Origin: a virus
Strand: one strand, 5' to 3'
Virus record (IMG/VR): IMGVR_UViG_3300045988_007161
Coordinates: 29,437-93,436 of that record
Length of the DNA: 64,000 bases
Position 1 is the first letter of the stretch; each line of letters starts with the position of its first letter. The notes under the pieces were generated by a model that was given only the letters and a program-made list of their open reading frames with translations, was not told where the DNA came from and ran no database searches. Below, in pieces: positions 40,839 through 51,230 of the stretch. Made by a program: the position numbers and the translations under genes.

Positions 40839-41157
40839 TAAATAGGTTTAAGTTTCTTTTCCTCAGTTGGCAGGTAAGGTCTGTACAGATGGAACTCATC
40901 AAGTTGAACATTTGCTTTCTTAATTCCCTCACCTCCTGCTCTAACTCTGCATTTCTCTTTAGCACCTCTTCCAATCTCTCTCTATTATCAGTAGAGAGCT
41001 TCTCATAAAAGTCTAATGATTCTTTCATGTTGTTTATAAGGTTGCTATCAACTTCACTATCATACTTCTTTCTTGCAAAGAACCATGATGTCCAGCCACT
41101 GACTATTGTGGTAATAAGCCCTATACCTCCAGTGATTAGTATTCCTAAGTCAATCAT
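40777..41157 (-). CDS. N-terminal-anchor membrane protein with coiled coil (spanin or holin-accessory candidate, 126 aa)
   Basis: MIDLGILITGGIGLITTIVSGWTSWFF followed by a helical region. Overlaps the downstream gene by 62 nt. Confidence 0.4.
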   Translation of the reverse strand: MIDLGILITGGIGLITTIVSGWTSWFFARKKYDSEVDSNLINNMKESLDFYEKLSTDNRERLEEVLKRNAELEQEVRELRKQMFNLMSSICTDLTCQLRKRNLNLFNEQNGTNSRQKVEEAELHNQ

Positions 41158-41159
41158 AA

Positions 41160-41777
41160 TTATTCTACAATTTCAATGAATCTTTGTTGTTTATTCTCTA
41201 TGTAAGGGTTCTTTTCCACAACATTCACTTCTACTACTTTATGCTTCTTTTGAAATAATCTAAGTAACCAACATTTCTTCGGTGGATTTATAGTTTCCTT
41301 CTTATAATCTACCACTACATACTTCTCACTAATAAATGTGGGAGCAGTAGTAATAGTACTTGGATATTTAAGTCCAAGTCTCATTTGATACCACTTATCT
41401 CCTATCAGTGTATCTATATTTAATGTAGGTTCTCTGAACAGAGTATCTCTAAATACTATTGTATCTTTCTTTGTAGCCTCAGATAAAAGATATTGCATCT
41501 GTTTCAAATTATCATCCTTTATCTTTAACTCCTTCCTGACCTCATTCATCTTTTCTAAGATAGAATCATTGTAATAGTTGAGCTGTTCTGTGGTAAACTT
41601 AAATACTCTATTCTCATCTCTTAGTGAAGAGTTTTCAGCAATAAATGCCTTTTCATTAGATATTGATACAGATAACTCTTCTTGCAATCTTTGGTTCTTA
41701 GTATATAAAATATAAGAGCCAATAGATAAAGAAACTATTAATGCAACTATAATTATGTTTATATACTTACTTACCAT
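41160..41777 (-). CDS. N-terminal-anchor membrane protein (205 aa), lysis-cassette associated
   Basis: YINIIIVALIVSLSIGSYILY transmembrane segment plus coiled coil. Confidence 0.4.
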   Translation of the reverse strand: MVSKYINIIIVALIVSLSIGSYILYTKNQRLQEELSVSISNEKAFIAENSSLRDENRVFKFTTEQLNYYNDSILEKMNEVRKELKIKDDNLKQMQYLLSEATKKDTIVFRDTLFREPTLNIDTLIGDKWYQMRLGLKYPSTITTAPTFISEKYVVVDYKKETINPPKKCWLLRLFQKKHKVVEVNVVEKNPYIENKQQRFIEIVE

Positions 41778-41797
41778 AACTTATGATTTTATGGGCA

Positions 41798-41828
41798 CAA
41801 ATATATAAAAAATAAATGACTTATACAA
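41798..41828 (-). promoter_or_regulatory. possible Bacteroidota-type promoter (TTG-N20-TATATTTG)
   Basis: Minus-strand TATATTTG at 41798-41805 and TTG at 41826-41828. Overlaps the tail-fibre terminator hairpin. Confidence 0.35.
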
Positions 41829-41846
41829 CAATATAAGTCATTTATT
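41803..41846 (-). terminator. rho-independent terminator after the tail-fibre gene
   Basis: 15-bp perfect stem aataaatgacttata/tataagtcatttatt. Minus strand continues TTTTTTATATATTT. Confidence 0.7.
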
Positions 41847-41953
41847 AAGTATATTAAACTCAATTTATTTTACTCACGACATTTATTTCGTGAGCAAAAT
41901 GTTTAAATGTTAAGTTTACCAGCCTATTCTACAAATATTTAATCAATGTATAT

Positions 41954-44860
41954 TTAATCAATAATAAAAACAGACCTTAACCAACAAGCTAATAAGGTAG
42001 CGATCCTATTATTAGCATTTCCACTCTTATCTGATACTGGATGAAGCCTGTCTTTCATGTACATTTCTCTCGGTTTTAATAAACATGTAGTAACATCATC
42101 AATGGTTTTAATATCCCTTGCAGTAGTATTTGCTGGAAGTTTTTCTAATACATTTGTTGTAAAAAGCTGTGTATTTGAATTATACGTCCCATTGTTGATG
42201 CCAAAATCATACTGAATGATACAACTTTGATTCGTTGTATAAGTACCATTGCCATTATCTGTAAAGATGAACCCTTCATTGTGCCATACTCCATCTGTAT
42301 AACCCCAATACCCACTAGTTCTAACTTGTTCACTCGTCGACATTTGAGTTAGCTTGTAAAGTTCCATAAACGGAATACCCCAATGCTCTGCAAATTGTTG
42401 CTGAGCTTTATAAAAATTAGCTGAGTAATCAACATTCCCTTGATAATGTGATATTTGACAGACATTCTGATGAGGATTATATTTTCTTATTATATCCATA
42501 AGAAAGTTCATTGCCCCCCAATAATTATCTTTATCTCTATTAGCAATGTCATATGTATTCCATCTAGGGTCACCGTCAGGATTTAAATCATTATGTCCAT
42601 GGTCAAATACAATCAAATCAACAGGTGTATAATCCTCTCTACTACTATCAATATATTTAAGCAATTTTTCTTCATAGCTATATCCCATTATAACCGCATC
42701 TGTATAAGTTTCTCTATTTAATTTTCCTCTCGTAATTTTTTCGAAATGCGCAAGATTGTTAATGAGATATTGTTTCTCAACCTTAGATGCAGACATAGAT
42801 TTAGCTAATGCAGCAATAGTATTTGATATTGGATTGAAAGCACTTGTATCAGTACCACTGCATCCCCATTTGTCGATTTCATCACCTTCTGCTATACAAT
42901 TCTTACCCCAACCAAGTCTAACAAGACTTTCTCCAACGGCTTCATTGTAGACAGTACATCCTAATAAGGCACCTACTATCAAAGGGTAACCACCTGCTGG
43001 AATAGATGTTCCAAACCAAACAATTTTATAATCTTTAGTAACTGGTACATCTTCTTTATTCCACAAAGTATCAGACAAAAATGGGTCATTTGCATCTCTT
43101 GTTTTAATTTTGTATTCTCTTTGTCCCCATATAATAGCCTTATACTTATTATTTTCTTTATAGAGTGCTAGTATACTTGTATCTACTATCATGTATAGAG
43201 TACCATATTCTGTGTCTTTATATACAATATGATATCTATCCTGTGTTGATGGTGTTCTATTGATATATTGCAACACATCAACTTTTACTGTTTGATCATG
43301 TACCCATATGTCATATCTTGTCGGCCCTTGAGTATCTGATGGTTTATCATGATATGCTGATAGGGCTATTAGATATATTTCATCATTTTCATGTCCATTT
43401 TTAGGCACCCATGCAGAAAATAATATTGCTTGATTTACTGCAATATCACAAGAGTTTAAAGTTAATTTTGAAAAATCAAACTTCTCATATAAAGATTGAT
43501 AATGGTAATATTTAGCAAAATCATCTGTTTCAAATTTCTCGTTTAATACTCCTCTTAAACCATCTTTATAATACACAATTAGGTCATTATTAAAAGCGCT
43601 AGCTATTGCTTTATATGAATTGGTTGGAGCTGTAAATTCTGTTTTTATACTCCCTAAATTTTCCTTTTGCTCAACAGATATTAAAGTATTGTTTACATCA
43701 TAATAAGCTATACCAGCACAATTAGCTCCATAATTCCCTTCATACGAAATAACATCACCTTCTTTAATAAGAAATTCTAGATAACTTGCTTTTTCATATG
43801 CAGTTAAAATTCCTCTCGTAGATATATACTTTCCTTTTACTAAATTTATCGAATTAAGTGGGTACAGTGATAGATTACTAGACAGATTAATCAACTTACC
43901 TATTTTCTCCTTAATGCTTCCTTTATACGTAATATTAAATGTATCTGTAAAAGAGCACGCCTTTAACAATACACCATTTTCGGGAATTTCTATATTTTCA
44001 GAAATATTTCCTAAATTTGCTTTTTCTTTTTTTACCAAAATAAAATTATTGTTATCATAGATAATATATCCAGCACATGCACCACCATAACTACCATAAT
44101 AAGAGAATGTATCACCTTCTTCTACTGCGATTTCAGTATACAATCCTTTATTTGCTAATATTTGTCCATTCACATTAATCCATCCGACCTTAATATTTGC
44201 TTCTTTACCTACTATTAACGTAAGAGAATTATCTTTACTTTCTAGCTCGGAAAACTTGGTATCATTTATCTCTTTTAAACTGACATCTTTAGTATCAGTT
44301 CCAATCCAAGCACCGCTAGGATGGTCAGCAGTAAATTCCTTGAGATAACCACCTTTTATTACTATATCTCCTATAATATAGGATTTTTCTTCTGAAAATT
44401 CTTTATATTCAGAAACTCCTGTATTACTATTAAGAATGTTTATCTCGTTAGTAACTGCTTCTTGTGATATAGCCTTAGTTGAACTGTTTCCAAGTTCTTG
44501 TGCTAATACAGCTGATGTTATTTGTTCTATCCATTTAGTAGCATCAGTCCAATTAGATAAGGAGTCTCCAGTAAACATATAAGACTTCCATCCTTCAGAT
44601 GTTAAAAATTTACCTTGAAATCCAAGTACTCTATCTTTTGATGGAACCTTAGCAATAGCTTGACTTAATGTTAATACTTCTGCTATATGGTCACTATTAT
44701 AGTTAGTAGATATATTAACTATTCCCCTTCTATTTATAATGTTATCAAGTCTTTCATTATCTTCATCATAAACAGCCTTAATAGAAGTAACAGGATATAC
44801 ATCAGTAGTCTGTGTACCACCTACTAATTCATTTTCTAAAATCTTCTTTATTTTTCCCAT
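41954..44860 (-). CDS. tail fibre/spike with two tandem ~105-aa repeats and a C-terminal SGNH/GDSL-type esterase domain (968 aa)
   Basis: VWFGTSIPAGG (block I), FDHGHNDL (GxND block), KDRLHP (DxxH block). Internal repeats ...YGGACAGYIIYDNNNFILVKKEKANLG... and ...YGANCAGIAYYDVNNTLISVEQKENLG... Confidence 0.65.
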   Translation of the reverse strand: MGKIKKILENELVGGTQTTDVYPVTSIKAVYDEDNERLDNIINRRGIVNISTNYNSDHIAEVLTLSQAIAKVPSKDRVLGFQGKFLTSEGWKSYMFTGDSLSNWTDATKWIEQITSAVLAQELGNSSTKAISQEAVTNEINILNSNTGVSEYKEFSEEKSYIIGDIVIKGGYLKEFTADHPSGAWIGTDTKDVSLKEINDTKFSELESKDNSLTLIVGKEANIKVGWINVNGQILANKGLYTEIAVEEGDTFSYYGSYGGACAGYIIYDNNNFILVKKEKANLGNISENIEIPENGVLLKACSFTDTFNITYKGSIKEKIGKLINLSSNLSLYPLNSINLVKGKYISTRGILTAYEKASYLEFLIKEGDVISYEGNYGANCAGIAYYDVNNTLISVEQKENLGSIKTEFTAPTNSYKAIASAFNNDLIVYYKDGLRGVLNEKFETDDFAKYYHYQSLYEKFDFSKLTLNSCDIAVNQAILFSAWVPKNGHENDEIYLIALSAYHDKPSDTQGPTRYDIWVHDQTVKVDVLQYINRTPSTQDRYHIVYKDTEYGTLYMIVDTSILALYKENNKYKAIIWGQREYKIKTRDANDPFLSDTLWNKEDVPVTKDYKIVWFGTSIPAGGYPLIVGALLGCTVYNEAVGESLVRLGWGKNCIAEGDEIDKWGCSGTDTSAFNPISNTIAALAKSMSASKVEKQYLINNLAHFEKITRGKLNRETYTDAVIMGYSYEEKLLKYIDSSREDYTPVDLIVFDHGHNDLNPDGDPRWNTYDIANRDKDNYWGAMNFLMDIIRKYNPHQNVCQISHYQGNVDYSANFYKAQQQFAEHWGIPFMELYKLTQMSTSEQVRTSGYWGYTDGVWHNEGFIFTDNGNGTYTTNQSCIIQYDFGINNGTYNSNTQLFTTNVLEKLPANTTARDIKTIDDVTTCLLKPREMYMKDRLHPVSDKSGNANNRIATLLACWLRSVFIID

Positions 44861-44870
44861 TTTCTTTTTT

Positions 44871-45084
44871 TTATTGTGATATTACTATATCTGGAACATC
44901 TCCTACATACTGAAATACTAACTGACCCACAGATTCTATGGTAATATCTATCAAGATAGGAGTCCAGCCACCATTATTAAAAAAAAAATAGCTTGAAGTT
45001 CCCATCTGGTAATGGCTTTAACCATCCTACATTTGTATCTGTAGGCTCAGTACTACTAATCAATAAATTTCTTACTACTTTCAT
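44871..45084 (-). pseudogene. small ORF split into two frames by a T10 (plus-strand A10) tract
   Basis: MKVVRNLLISSTEPTDTNVGWLKPLPDGNFKLFFF* (45084-44977), then from 44978 NNGGWTPILIDITIESVGQLVFQYVGDVPDIVISQ*. Nine Ts instead of ten would fuse them. Confidence 0.45.
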
Positions 45085-45092
45085 CTTTTTTT

Positions 45093-45536
45093 TTATGATT
45101 GTAATGCTCCTGAAGCTCTAAGTGCTGATAACAAAGCATTAACTTTAGTACATATTGCAGTAGCATCCTCAGTACCAGCTAAATCTGCAACTGCTGTTGC
45201 CATTAATACTCCACCTCTTGCTGAGGTAGAGGCATCAGGCAGTGAATATGCAGGTGGTATATCAGGCTTATTACTCAAATCATTATATGAACCACTTGTA
45301 GCTACAGTAGATAAAGTAGGGAAGTCAGTTATGTTTGACTTTGTGTGAGTATGCTTTGAAGGAGTGAAGGTTTCAGGCTTGTCTTCAATATCATTCCACT
45401 TTACAGTAGGAGCATCTTGACCCTTAATATCTTGCCATCCCTTTTCTCCATAGTATTTAAGTTTCCCACCATTAAGCCATAAGTCTTGAACACTTGGAGC
45501 TTCTATATCTTCTATAATATCTCTAAATCTTCTCAT
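45093..45536 (-). CDS. small fibre protein with tail-fibre-repeat-like motif (147 aa)
   Basis: WNDIEDKPETFTPSKHTHTKSNITDF resembles the KP..F.P..H.H motif of phage fibre repeats. Confidence 0.45.
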   Translation of the reverse strand: MRRFRDIIEDIEAPSVQDLWLNGGKLKYYGEKGWQDIKGQDAPTVKWNDIEDKPETFTPSKHTHTKSNITDFPTLSTVATSGSYNDLSNKPDIPPAYSLPDASTSARGGVLMATAVADLAGTEDATAICTKVNALLSALRASGALQS

Positions 45537-47959
45537 TTTTGAGTTGTTTTATTTGAAGTTTTATTTATTTGCTTTTCCTTCAATCTTGCATCAGTACTTG
45601 CCTTAGTCTTATCAAGCTCAAGCCTTTCCCTGTCAAGTTTTATTCTTTCATCAAATTCTCTTATTTGCTCCATTAGCTTGTCCTTAGCCTCTTGTGAGTA
45701 TTCAGGTTCTATTATACCATCATCTTCACTATTCTTGCTATAAGCTTGCATTTGTGCAATAAGAATCTTTGTCTCATTATCTCTTTGGTTAAGAGCATCC
45801 TCCTGTTGCATCTTAGCCTGCTCCATTTGAGCCTTCTGTTCTATCTCCTGTTGCTGTACTTGCAACTGCTGTTGCTGTGCTTGAGCCTGTCTTTCTTGGA
45901 TACTTCTTTCATCCTTTTCAACAAGTCTCTGCTTCTCAGCAAGTGAAGATGAACTGAATAACTTCATAATAGTTGAGAATGATAGAGTCTGGTTCTGCAA
46001 TGCTGCCTGAGCTAAAGTATCAAGTTTTGAGTTTAATTCCTGAATGCCATTACTATTGTCCACTACAAGACCATAATCAGCTTCTGCAAATTCATCACCA
46101 TCTATCTCCATAACTCTCATTGAATTATCTGACAAGATGTATTGGAATTTCTTGCTTCTTCCTCTTAGTGCTATCTTAGCTGTCTCCAAGAAGCACTCTA
46201 AGGCTCTCTTCTTGACATCCTCATGTACTACAAACAGCCATTCTGTAATGTGAGAGGATTGCATCATTGACCTTTCTACTCCACCTACAGTCTCTCTGTT
46301 ACTTACTTGACCTTCTCTTTGCTTGGTAATACCAGCAACTTCTGCCATTTCAAGCTTGATAAACTCAAGGAGATTGATGTATTGCTGTATCTGATTACCA
46401 TCATTGGCAGAGATAACTCCAGTAGAAGCATTGTTCAATGCACCAGCTATCTTTCCTGTAGCAGGTCCTTCCATAGCAGCATTGAAGCTATCCTCTACTG
46501 CAAGACCCATTGTCTTGGCATAATACAGCCATTTCTCTACATCCCATCCTTTTGGTTTCTTAGCAAAGTCAAGTCTAACCAAAGAACCCCAATTCCTTGC
46601 AATTAGCTTATTAAGTCTGTCATGGATTACATCATACATATAATTGTATGGTTTCATCATGTCTACTAAGCTGAAGGGTCTATTATCATTCAAGTTATAG
46701 ATAGAACCTACAATACCAAAGTGGCATCTTGAAGGATTACTCAGCCTGTTATATTGGACAACTCTTGGTCTCATATTGACATATATGTCAGTACCAATCT
46801 TTGTTCCTTCCCAAGCTTCATTGATGTAGAATATCTGCTCCTCTTCACCAGCATCCTTATTTATAATATAGGTCTCTGGGTAGAAGTTATAAGTCTCTTC
46901 ACCTGTCTCAGGGTCATAAGATTTAACCTTCTTGATTCTTCTTCTTGACTTCCAATATACTCTGAGTACTCTCAAGTTTCCTGCAACATCATAAGGAAGA
47001 AGTGAGTTATTAACTCCATCATATCCTCCTAATGGGTCCCAGAAGAATCCCTCAGTACTCATTTCATCACCTATCATGTGGTTATTAACAAAGCCATACC
47101 TCTCATCTATGTTATCCATAGAGTCAGTTGCAGCTTGTCCCACATGGTCAGGCATCTTCTCTATATATTCTAAGTCTTTCTTTGTCAATACATCATAGAA
47201 GGTATCTATCACTCTGCCTGGACTCCAATAGTCTTCATAGACTATCATGTCTGCATCCTCAATCCTATTGCTATATCCAGACTTGAATATTCTGATTTTA
47301 AGAGGATTAAGTCTTGTAATAGTAGGTTCTCCACCAACAATATCACATTGGTATATCTCCTCACCATTAGCCATTGCATCCATGAAGCCTTGATTGAACA
47401 TCAGAGGCATATTGTACTCCTTAATATAGTGATTAAGGAGTGCATTAGCCCTGATTTCTCTCATGTCTTGCCACTCATAAGTATAGTAGTCATTTATCCT
47501 CTCAAGCTCTTGATTAGCCTCTTCCTCAGATTGTGCAGTATTAGATACCCACTCCTGTAGCTTCTGTAGTAATTCTTGCTTCTTGTTATTCTCCATCTCT
47601 GAAATAGCATTAGGATTAGTTACTACAACCTTAAAATCAAATACCCTCTTACTTTCCTCACCTCTAAGCACATTCAACTTACTATTCATTATAGGATAGT
47701 GTTGAATCCTGTCAGGTATGAAACCTGCTTGCAGGTTCTCAGGGTTCAGTATAAGTTCAAGGTCACTCATGTGGAGTTTTCCATTGAGCAGGTCATAGTT
47801 AATTTTCTTATGTATTACAGATTTTCTAACTAAGCTATAATTGAAGAAGGTCTTACTGTCTGCCCAATCCAAGTGCTTCTTCCTCCAAGCTTTATTTTTC
47901 TTACTAAAGGGAAGTTGCTGTGGAGGCAAATTTATCATTTCATATCCCATATACTTCAA
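45533..47959 (-). CDS. probable portal protein (808 aa)
   Basis: Size and position immediately downstream of TerL. Gln-rich coiled C-terminus. No motif proof. Confidence 0.6.
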   Translation of the reverse strand: MKYMGYEMINLPPQQLPFSKKNKAWRKKHLDWADSKTFFNYSLVRKSVIHKKINYDLLNGKLHMSDLELILNPENLQAGFIPDRIQHYPIMNSKLNVLRGEESKRVFDFKVVVTNPNAISEMENNKKQELLQKLQEWVSNTAQSEEEANQELERINDYYTYEWQDMREIRANALLNHYIKEYNMPLMFNQGFMDAMANGEEIYQCDIVGGEPTITRLNPLKIRIFKSGYSNRIEDADMIVYEDYWSPGRVIDTFYDVLTKKDLEYIEKMPDHVGQAATDSMDNIDERYGFVNNHMIGDEMSTEGFFWDPLGGYDGVNNSLLPYDVAGNLRVLRVYWKSRRRIKKVKSYDPETGEETYNFYPETYIINKDAGEEEQIFYINEAWEGTKIGTDIYVNMRPRVVQYNRLSNPSRCHFGIVGSIYNLNDNRPFSLVDMMKPYNYMYDVIHDRLNKLIARNWGSLVRLDFAKKPKGWDVEKWLYYAKTMGLAVEDSFNAAMEGPATGKIAGALNNASTGVISANDGNQIQQYINLLEFIKLEMAEVAGITKQREGQVSNRETVGGVERSMMQSSHITEWLFVVHEDVKKRALECFLETAKIALRGRSKKFQYILSDNSMRVMEIDGDEFAEADYGLVVDNSNGIQELNSKLDTLAQAALQNQTLSFSTIMKLFSSSSLAEKQRLVEKDERSIQERQAQAQQQQLQVQQQEIEQKAQMEQAKMQQEDALNQRDNETKILIAQMQAYSKNSEDDGIIEPEYSQEAKDKLMEQIREFDERIKLDRERLELDKTKASTDARLKEKQINKTSNKTTQK

Positions 47960-47970
47960 TTTAATTACTG

Positions 47971-48003
47971 TGCAAAGGTAAATAAAATCCTTGACCTGTG
48001 CAA
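47971..48003 (-). promoter_or_regulatory. Bacteroidota-type promoter (TTG-N20-TACCTTTGCA)
   Basis: Minus-strand TACCTTTGCA at 47971-47980 and TTG at 48001-48003. Confidence 0.6.
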
Positions 48004-48048
48004 GTATATAAGTAATTTATTAACCATCAGTCTTCATTTTCACTAAAT

Positions 48049-50352
48049 TTACTGTTTGAACCTAAAGTCATAATTCTTTTTGAAGAATGGGTCATTACCT
48101 GAGTAATCATTATAAGCCTTTTCCTGCTTCTCCTTACTAATGTTACCCTGATACTTTATCATCTTATCCTCTCTCAGTAGCATAAGCATACCCATAGCAG
48201 ATATTCTATCAAAGTTACCCTCAGAGTTATAATTTATAAGCTCTTTTAATAGTGCCCTGTTTCTTACAGTAAATAATCTTGGAACCATCACCTCCTTATC
48301 TTCTCCATCAATGTTCTGTGTAATAGGAACAGGAGATAATAGCCAACTTCTCAATCTACTCCTTGCATAGGCATTGATAGCTGGAGAGGCATTAGTACCT
48401 TTTGACTTGTTACCATATCCATCCTTCATCATCTGCTTTTCCTTTAAGAAGTCAAGCACATCAGTAAGTAAGTAAAGACTATTTCTGGTCGAGAAGTGAG
48501 AGAATAGACCTTTCTTATTATACTCATAATTCAACCTGCCATTGTAGAATAGACATAATTTTCTACATATCTCATAGTAATCATCAGCAAAGTTTGGTCT
48601 ACCTGTGTACTCAGCAACTATCCTATCTGTCCAAAGGTCCAATACAAATATTGAGCCTAAAGACATAGTATTTGACTCATCATCATCATAAGGGTCAGCA
48701 CCCAATATGTACCTATCATCATAAGGCTTACCTGTATTCTTGTCAATCTCAGGCATCTGGTATATCTCAATAGCTCCCTCAATCTTATTATCCTTGTGGG
48801 GGAAATCCCTGATAGGCTGTGCAGAAGTAGGCTTATATTCTACCTGACCATTCTTATTGAATGTCAAGTCACCAACATATACATCATCATATTCTGTAGG
48901 ATTGGCATCTAACTGACCTACTCTCTCTGTCAAGTCAGCTACTGGGAACATGTTTACACCAGCCTTTACAATAGCCTCAGCAGGAGTAATAGGTACCTCA
49001 GCAATGGTCTTAATGATAGTATTTGGGTCAGTAGAATTGTACTTCACCCTATACCTATTCATCAATATCTCTATAAGAGCCTTAATTACATCAGATACAC
49101 CATCCTCATTATAACATCCCTTCCTGTTTACATAGCCAGGAAAGAAGAAAACAAAGTAGGGTTTACCTTGGTTAAACTTGTCATATACATTGGGTATGGC
49201 ATACATATTATAACCCTTAGGGTTATACATAATCTCCTGTGCTCCAGCAAAGTCTGATTCATTATCACCAGCAGTACCAAGCATGTATATCTGACCAAAG
49301 ACAATATCACCCTCCTGTACTGAAGGAAGCAATACATTATACAGGTCTACAAGTCTTGGGAATGTACCAAACTCCTCTATAAGAATCTTGGCAGCTCTCT
49401 TACCTCTCAACTTAGATTCATCATCCTTTGATGATACACCAAGCACTGTGTTCTGAGTGCCTCTTTCAATATCTAACTCTACATCCTTATATCCCATTAT
49501 CCAAGTCATTTCCTGCAAAGAGTTCTTTAACCTCTTTCTTGGGAACTGGGTATTGGTTGCACAGAAATTAGCCATGTCCACAAACTTGTTAAGCACACCA
49601 TCCTTTGTAAGGTACTCTTTCTGATAAGCAGTTACAATACCCTTTACCTTCTCATGGGCTTCCTCATTCTCACCTACTACAAAGATATGGTTAAGAATGG
49701 AAGCAAGGCTATATGACTTGCCCTTACCTCTGGATGCAAGCTCAGCCATGTGCTGACCTCCCTCAAAGTTATTATACAGACCTCCATTAGATGCTTGGTC
49801 TAAGCAATGGAACCTCCAATATATTCCTTCCCAGCACTCAGGTAATGCCTCTACTCTGTCAGCTCTTTTGGACTTTCTTTTCTTCCCATTCTTATCTCTG
49901 TATTCCCTAATCTTTGACAACATCATAGGAGAGTAATTGAGAAACCAGTACATATATCCTGTAACCCATTCTCCATCACTCTCCCTAACATATCCTTCCC
50001 AGATTCTCCTTCTCTCCTCTCTAATCCATTTACCATATTCACTATTGGGATTGGCATTAGGTCTGAGATTAGTGAATGTACCATACTTCTCATAATGTAT
50101 GGCAGAAGGTCTGAAATAATCCATGTTCTCAAGAATGTGTGGATTAGCCAAGTCTACAATAATTCTACCCTGTTCATCCCTTGGTCTATCCTTAGCATAT
50201 TCTCTTGTAGGGCTTATCAATCTCTTGACAAACTCTACATTATTTATGATGTCAAATAGTTGGTCCTGAACCTCCTGAGGCAGACTATTAACCAACTCCT
50301 CAGTAAGCTCAGTCTGGTACTTATTCATTTCTATCTTCTGTATCATAGCCAT
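48049..50352 (-). CDS. terL: terminase large subunit (767 aa)
   Basis: Walker A ELASRGKGKSYS, Walker B AAKILIEEFG, and RNaseH-like nuclease Asp cluster YILGADPYDDDE. Confidence 0.85.
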   Translation of the reverse strand: MAMIQKIEMNKYQTELTEELVNSLPQEVQDQLFDIINNVEFVKRLISPTREYAKDRPRDEQGRIIVDLANPHILENMDYFRPSAIHYEKYGTFTNLRPNANPNSEYGKWIREERRRIWEGYVRESDGEWVTGYMYWFLNYSPMMLSKIREYRDKNGKKRKSKRADRVEALPECWEGIYWRFHCLDQASNGGLYNNFEGGQHMAELASRGKGKSYSLASILNHIFVVGENEEAHEKVKGIVTAYQKEYLTKDGVLNKFVDMANFCATNTQFPRKRLKNSLQEMTWIMGYKDVELDIERGTQNTVLGVSSKDDESKLRGKRAAKILIEEFGTFPRLVDLYNVLLPSVQEGDIVFGQIYMLGTAGDNESDFAGAQEIMYNPKGYNMYAIPNVYDKFNQGKPYFVFFFPGYVNRKGCYNEDGVSDVIKALIEILMNRYRVKYNSTDPNTIIKTIAEVPITPAEAIVKAGVNMFPVADLTERVGQLDANPTEYDDVYVGDLTFNKNGQVEYKPTSAQPIRDFPHKDNKIEGAIEIYQMPEIDKNTGKPYDDRYILGADPYDDDESNTMSLGSIFVLDLWTDRIVAEYTGRPNFADDYYEICRKLCLFYNGRLNYEYNKKGLFSHFSTRNSLYLLTDVLDFLKEKQMMKDGYGNKSKGTNASPAINAYARSRLRSWLLSPVPITQNIDGEDKEVMVPRLFTVRNRALLKELINYNSEGNFDRISAMGMLMLLREDKMIKYQGNISKEKQEKAYNDYSGNDPFFKKNYDFRFKQ

Positions 50353-50677
50353 TATACTCTCCCTCTATTACTTGTCTATAGAAATCAGAGTCTATCCAAT
50401 TGAAGATTAGATGACACAGCTCAATATTAACCTCCCTTTCCATTGACTCTTCCTGACCATCAATGACCTTAGCAGTGTGTTTCACTGTTATTACTCTGTG
50501 CTTTTTGCCACACTTAACAAACCATAGTATAGCCTCATAAGATTTGTAAGCCTTGAATGTAGGATTAGGAGTTATAACTTTTTGTAGTACTAAGTGTCCT
50601 CTTGTCAAGATGTTACCTATCTTTCTCCTATCCTCTATATGCTTATTAAGTCCTTCTATAATATCTTCTGCTTTCAT
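50321..50677 (-). CDS. hypothetical protein (118 aa)
   Basis: ORF track. Overlaps the TerL start. Confidence 0.45.
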   Translation of the reverse strand: MKAEDIIEGLNKHIEDRRKIGNILTRGHLVLQKVITPNPTFKAYKSYEAILWFVKCGKKHRVITVKHTAKVIDGQEESMEREVNIELCHLIFNWIDSDFYRQVIEGEYNGYDTEDRNE

Positions 50678-50679
50678 AA

Positions 50680-51219
50680 TTATAATGTTAAGTCATCCTC
50701 AAAAATAGTCTTTTCTCCCTGTCCTCTCATCTTACCTGCATTCCTCATTTCTGAAGTAAGAGCCTTCTCAGCTTCATCCAAATCCTTTACAAGAGAGGGG
50801 ATTTGCTTGATAAGAGCACCTAATTCTTTAAGTTCTTTAACCTCAAGTCCATCAAACTCTTGCTCCCTTAGTCTCTTTCTGTACTTATCTACCATGAGTC
50901 TTGTGTCATCAAGGAGTAATGCAGAGGTTGGCTTGAAGCTGTTATAGAATGTCATAGCCTCTTGTACTATCTTGTCAGGCTCCCACTTAGGTGGCAAACC
51001 CTCTCCTTCCTTAATGGCTTCCTTTCTCTCATCCTCATCAGTAAGATACTGATAGTCACTTCTTGGGTCACAGAAGAAGTAAATGAAGCCAAGTTCCATA
51101 GTAGCTTTATCCTTGTTTATAGACCTATCCCTCATCCATATCTGTCTAAATGGCTTTAAGGCAAAGGCTTCCTCAGATATTACTATTTTGTAACCCTCAT
51201 ATTTGAATAATTTCAACAT
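50680..51219 (-). CDS. hypothetical protein (179 aa); possible small terminase by position only
   Basis: Two genes upstream of TerL. No motif. Confidence 0.4.
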   Translation of the reverse strand: MLKLFKYEGYKIVISEEAFALKPFRQIWMRDRSINKDKATMELGFIYFFCDPRSDYQYLTDEDERKEAIKEGEGLPPKWEPDKIVQEAMTFYNSFKPTSALLLDDTRLMVDKYRKRLREQEFDGLEVKELKELGALIKQIPSLVKDLDEAEKALTSEMRNAGKMRGQGEKTIFEDDLTL

Positions 51220-51230
51220 AAAAGTCTGGT

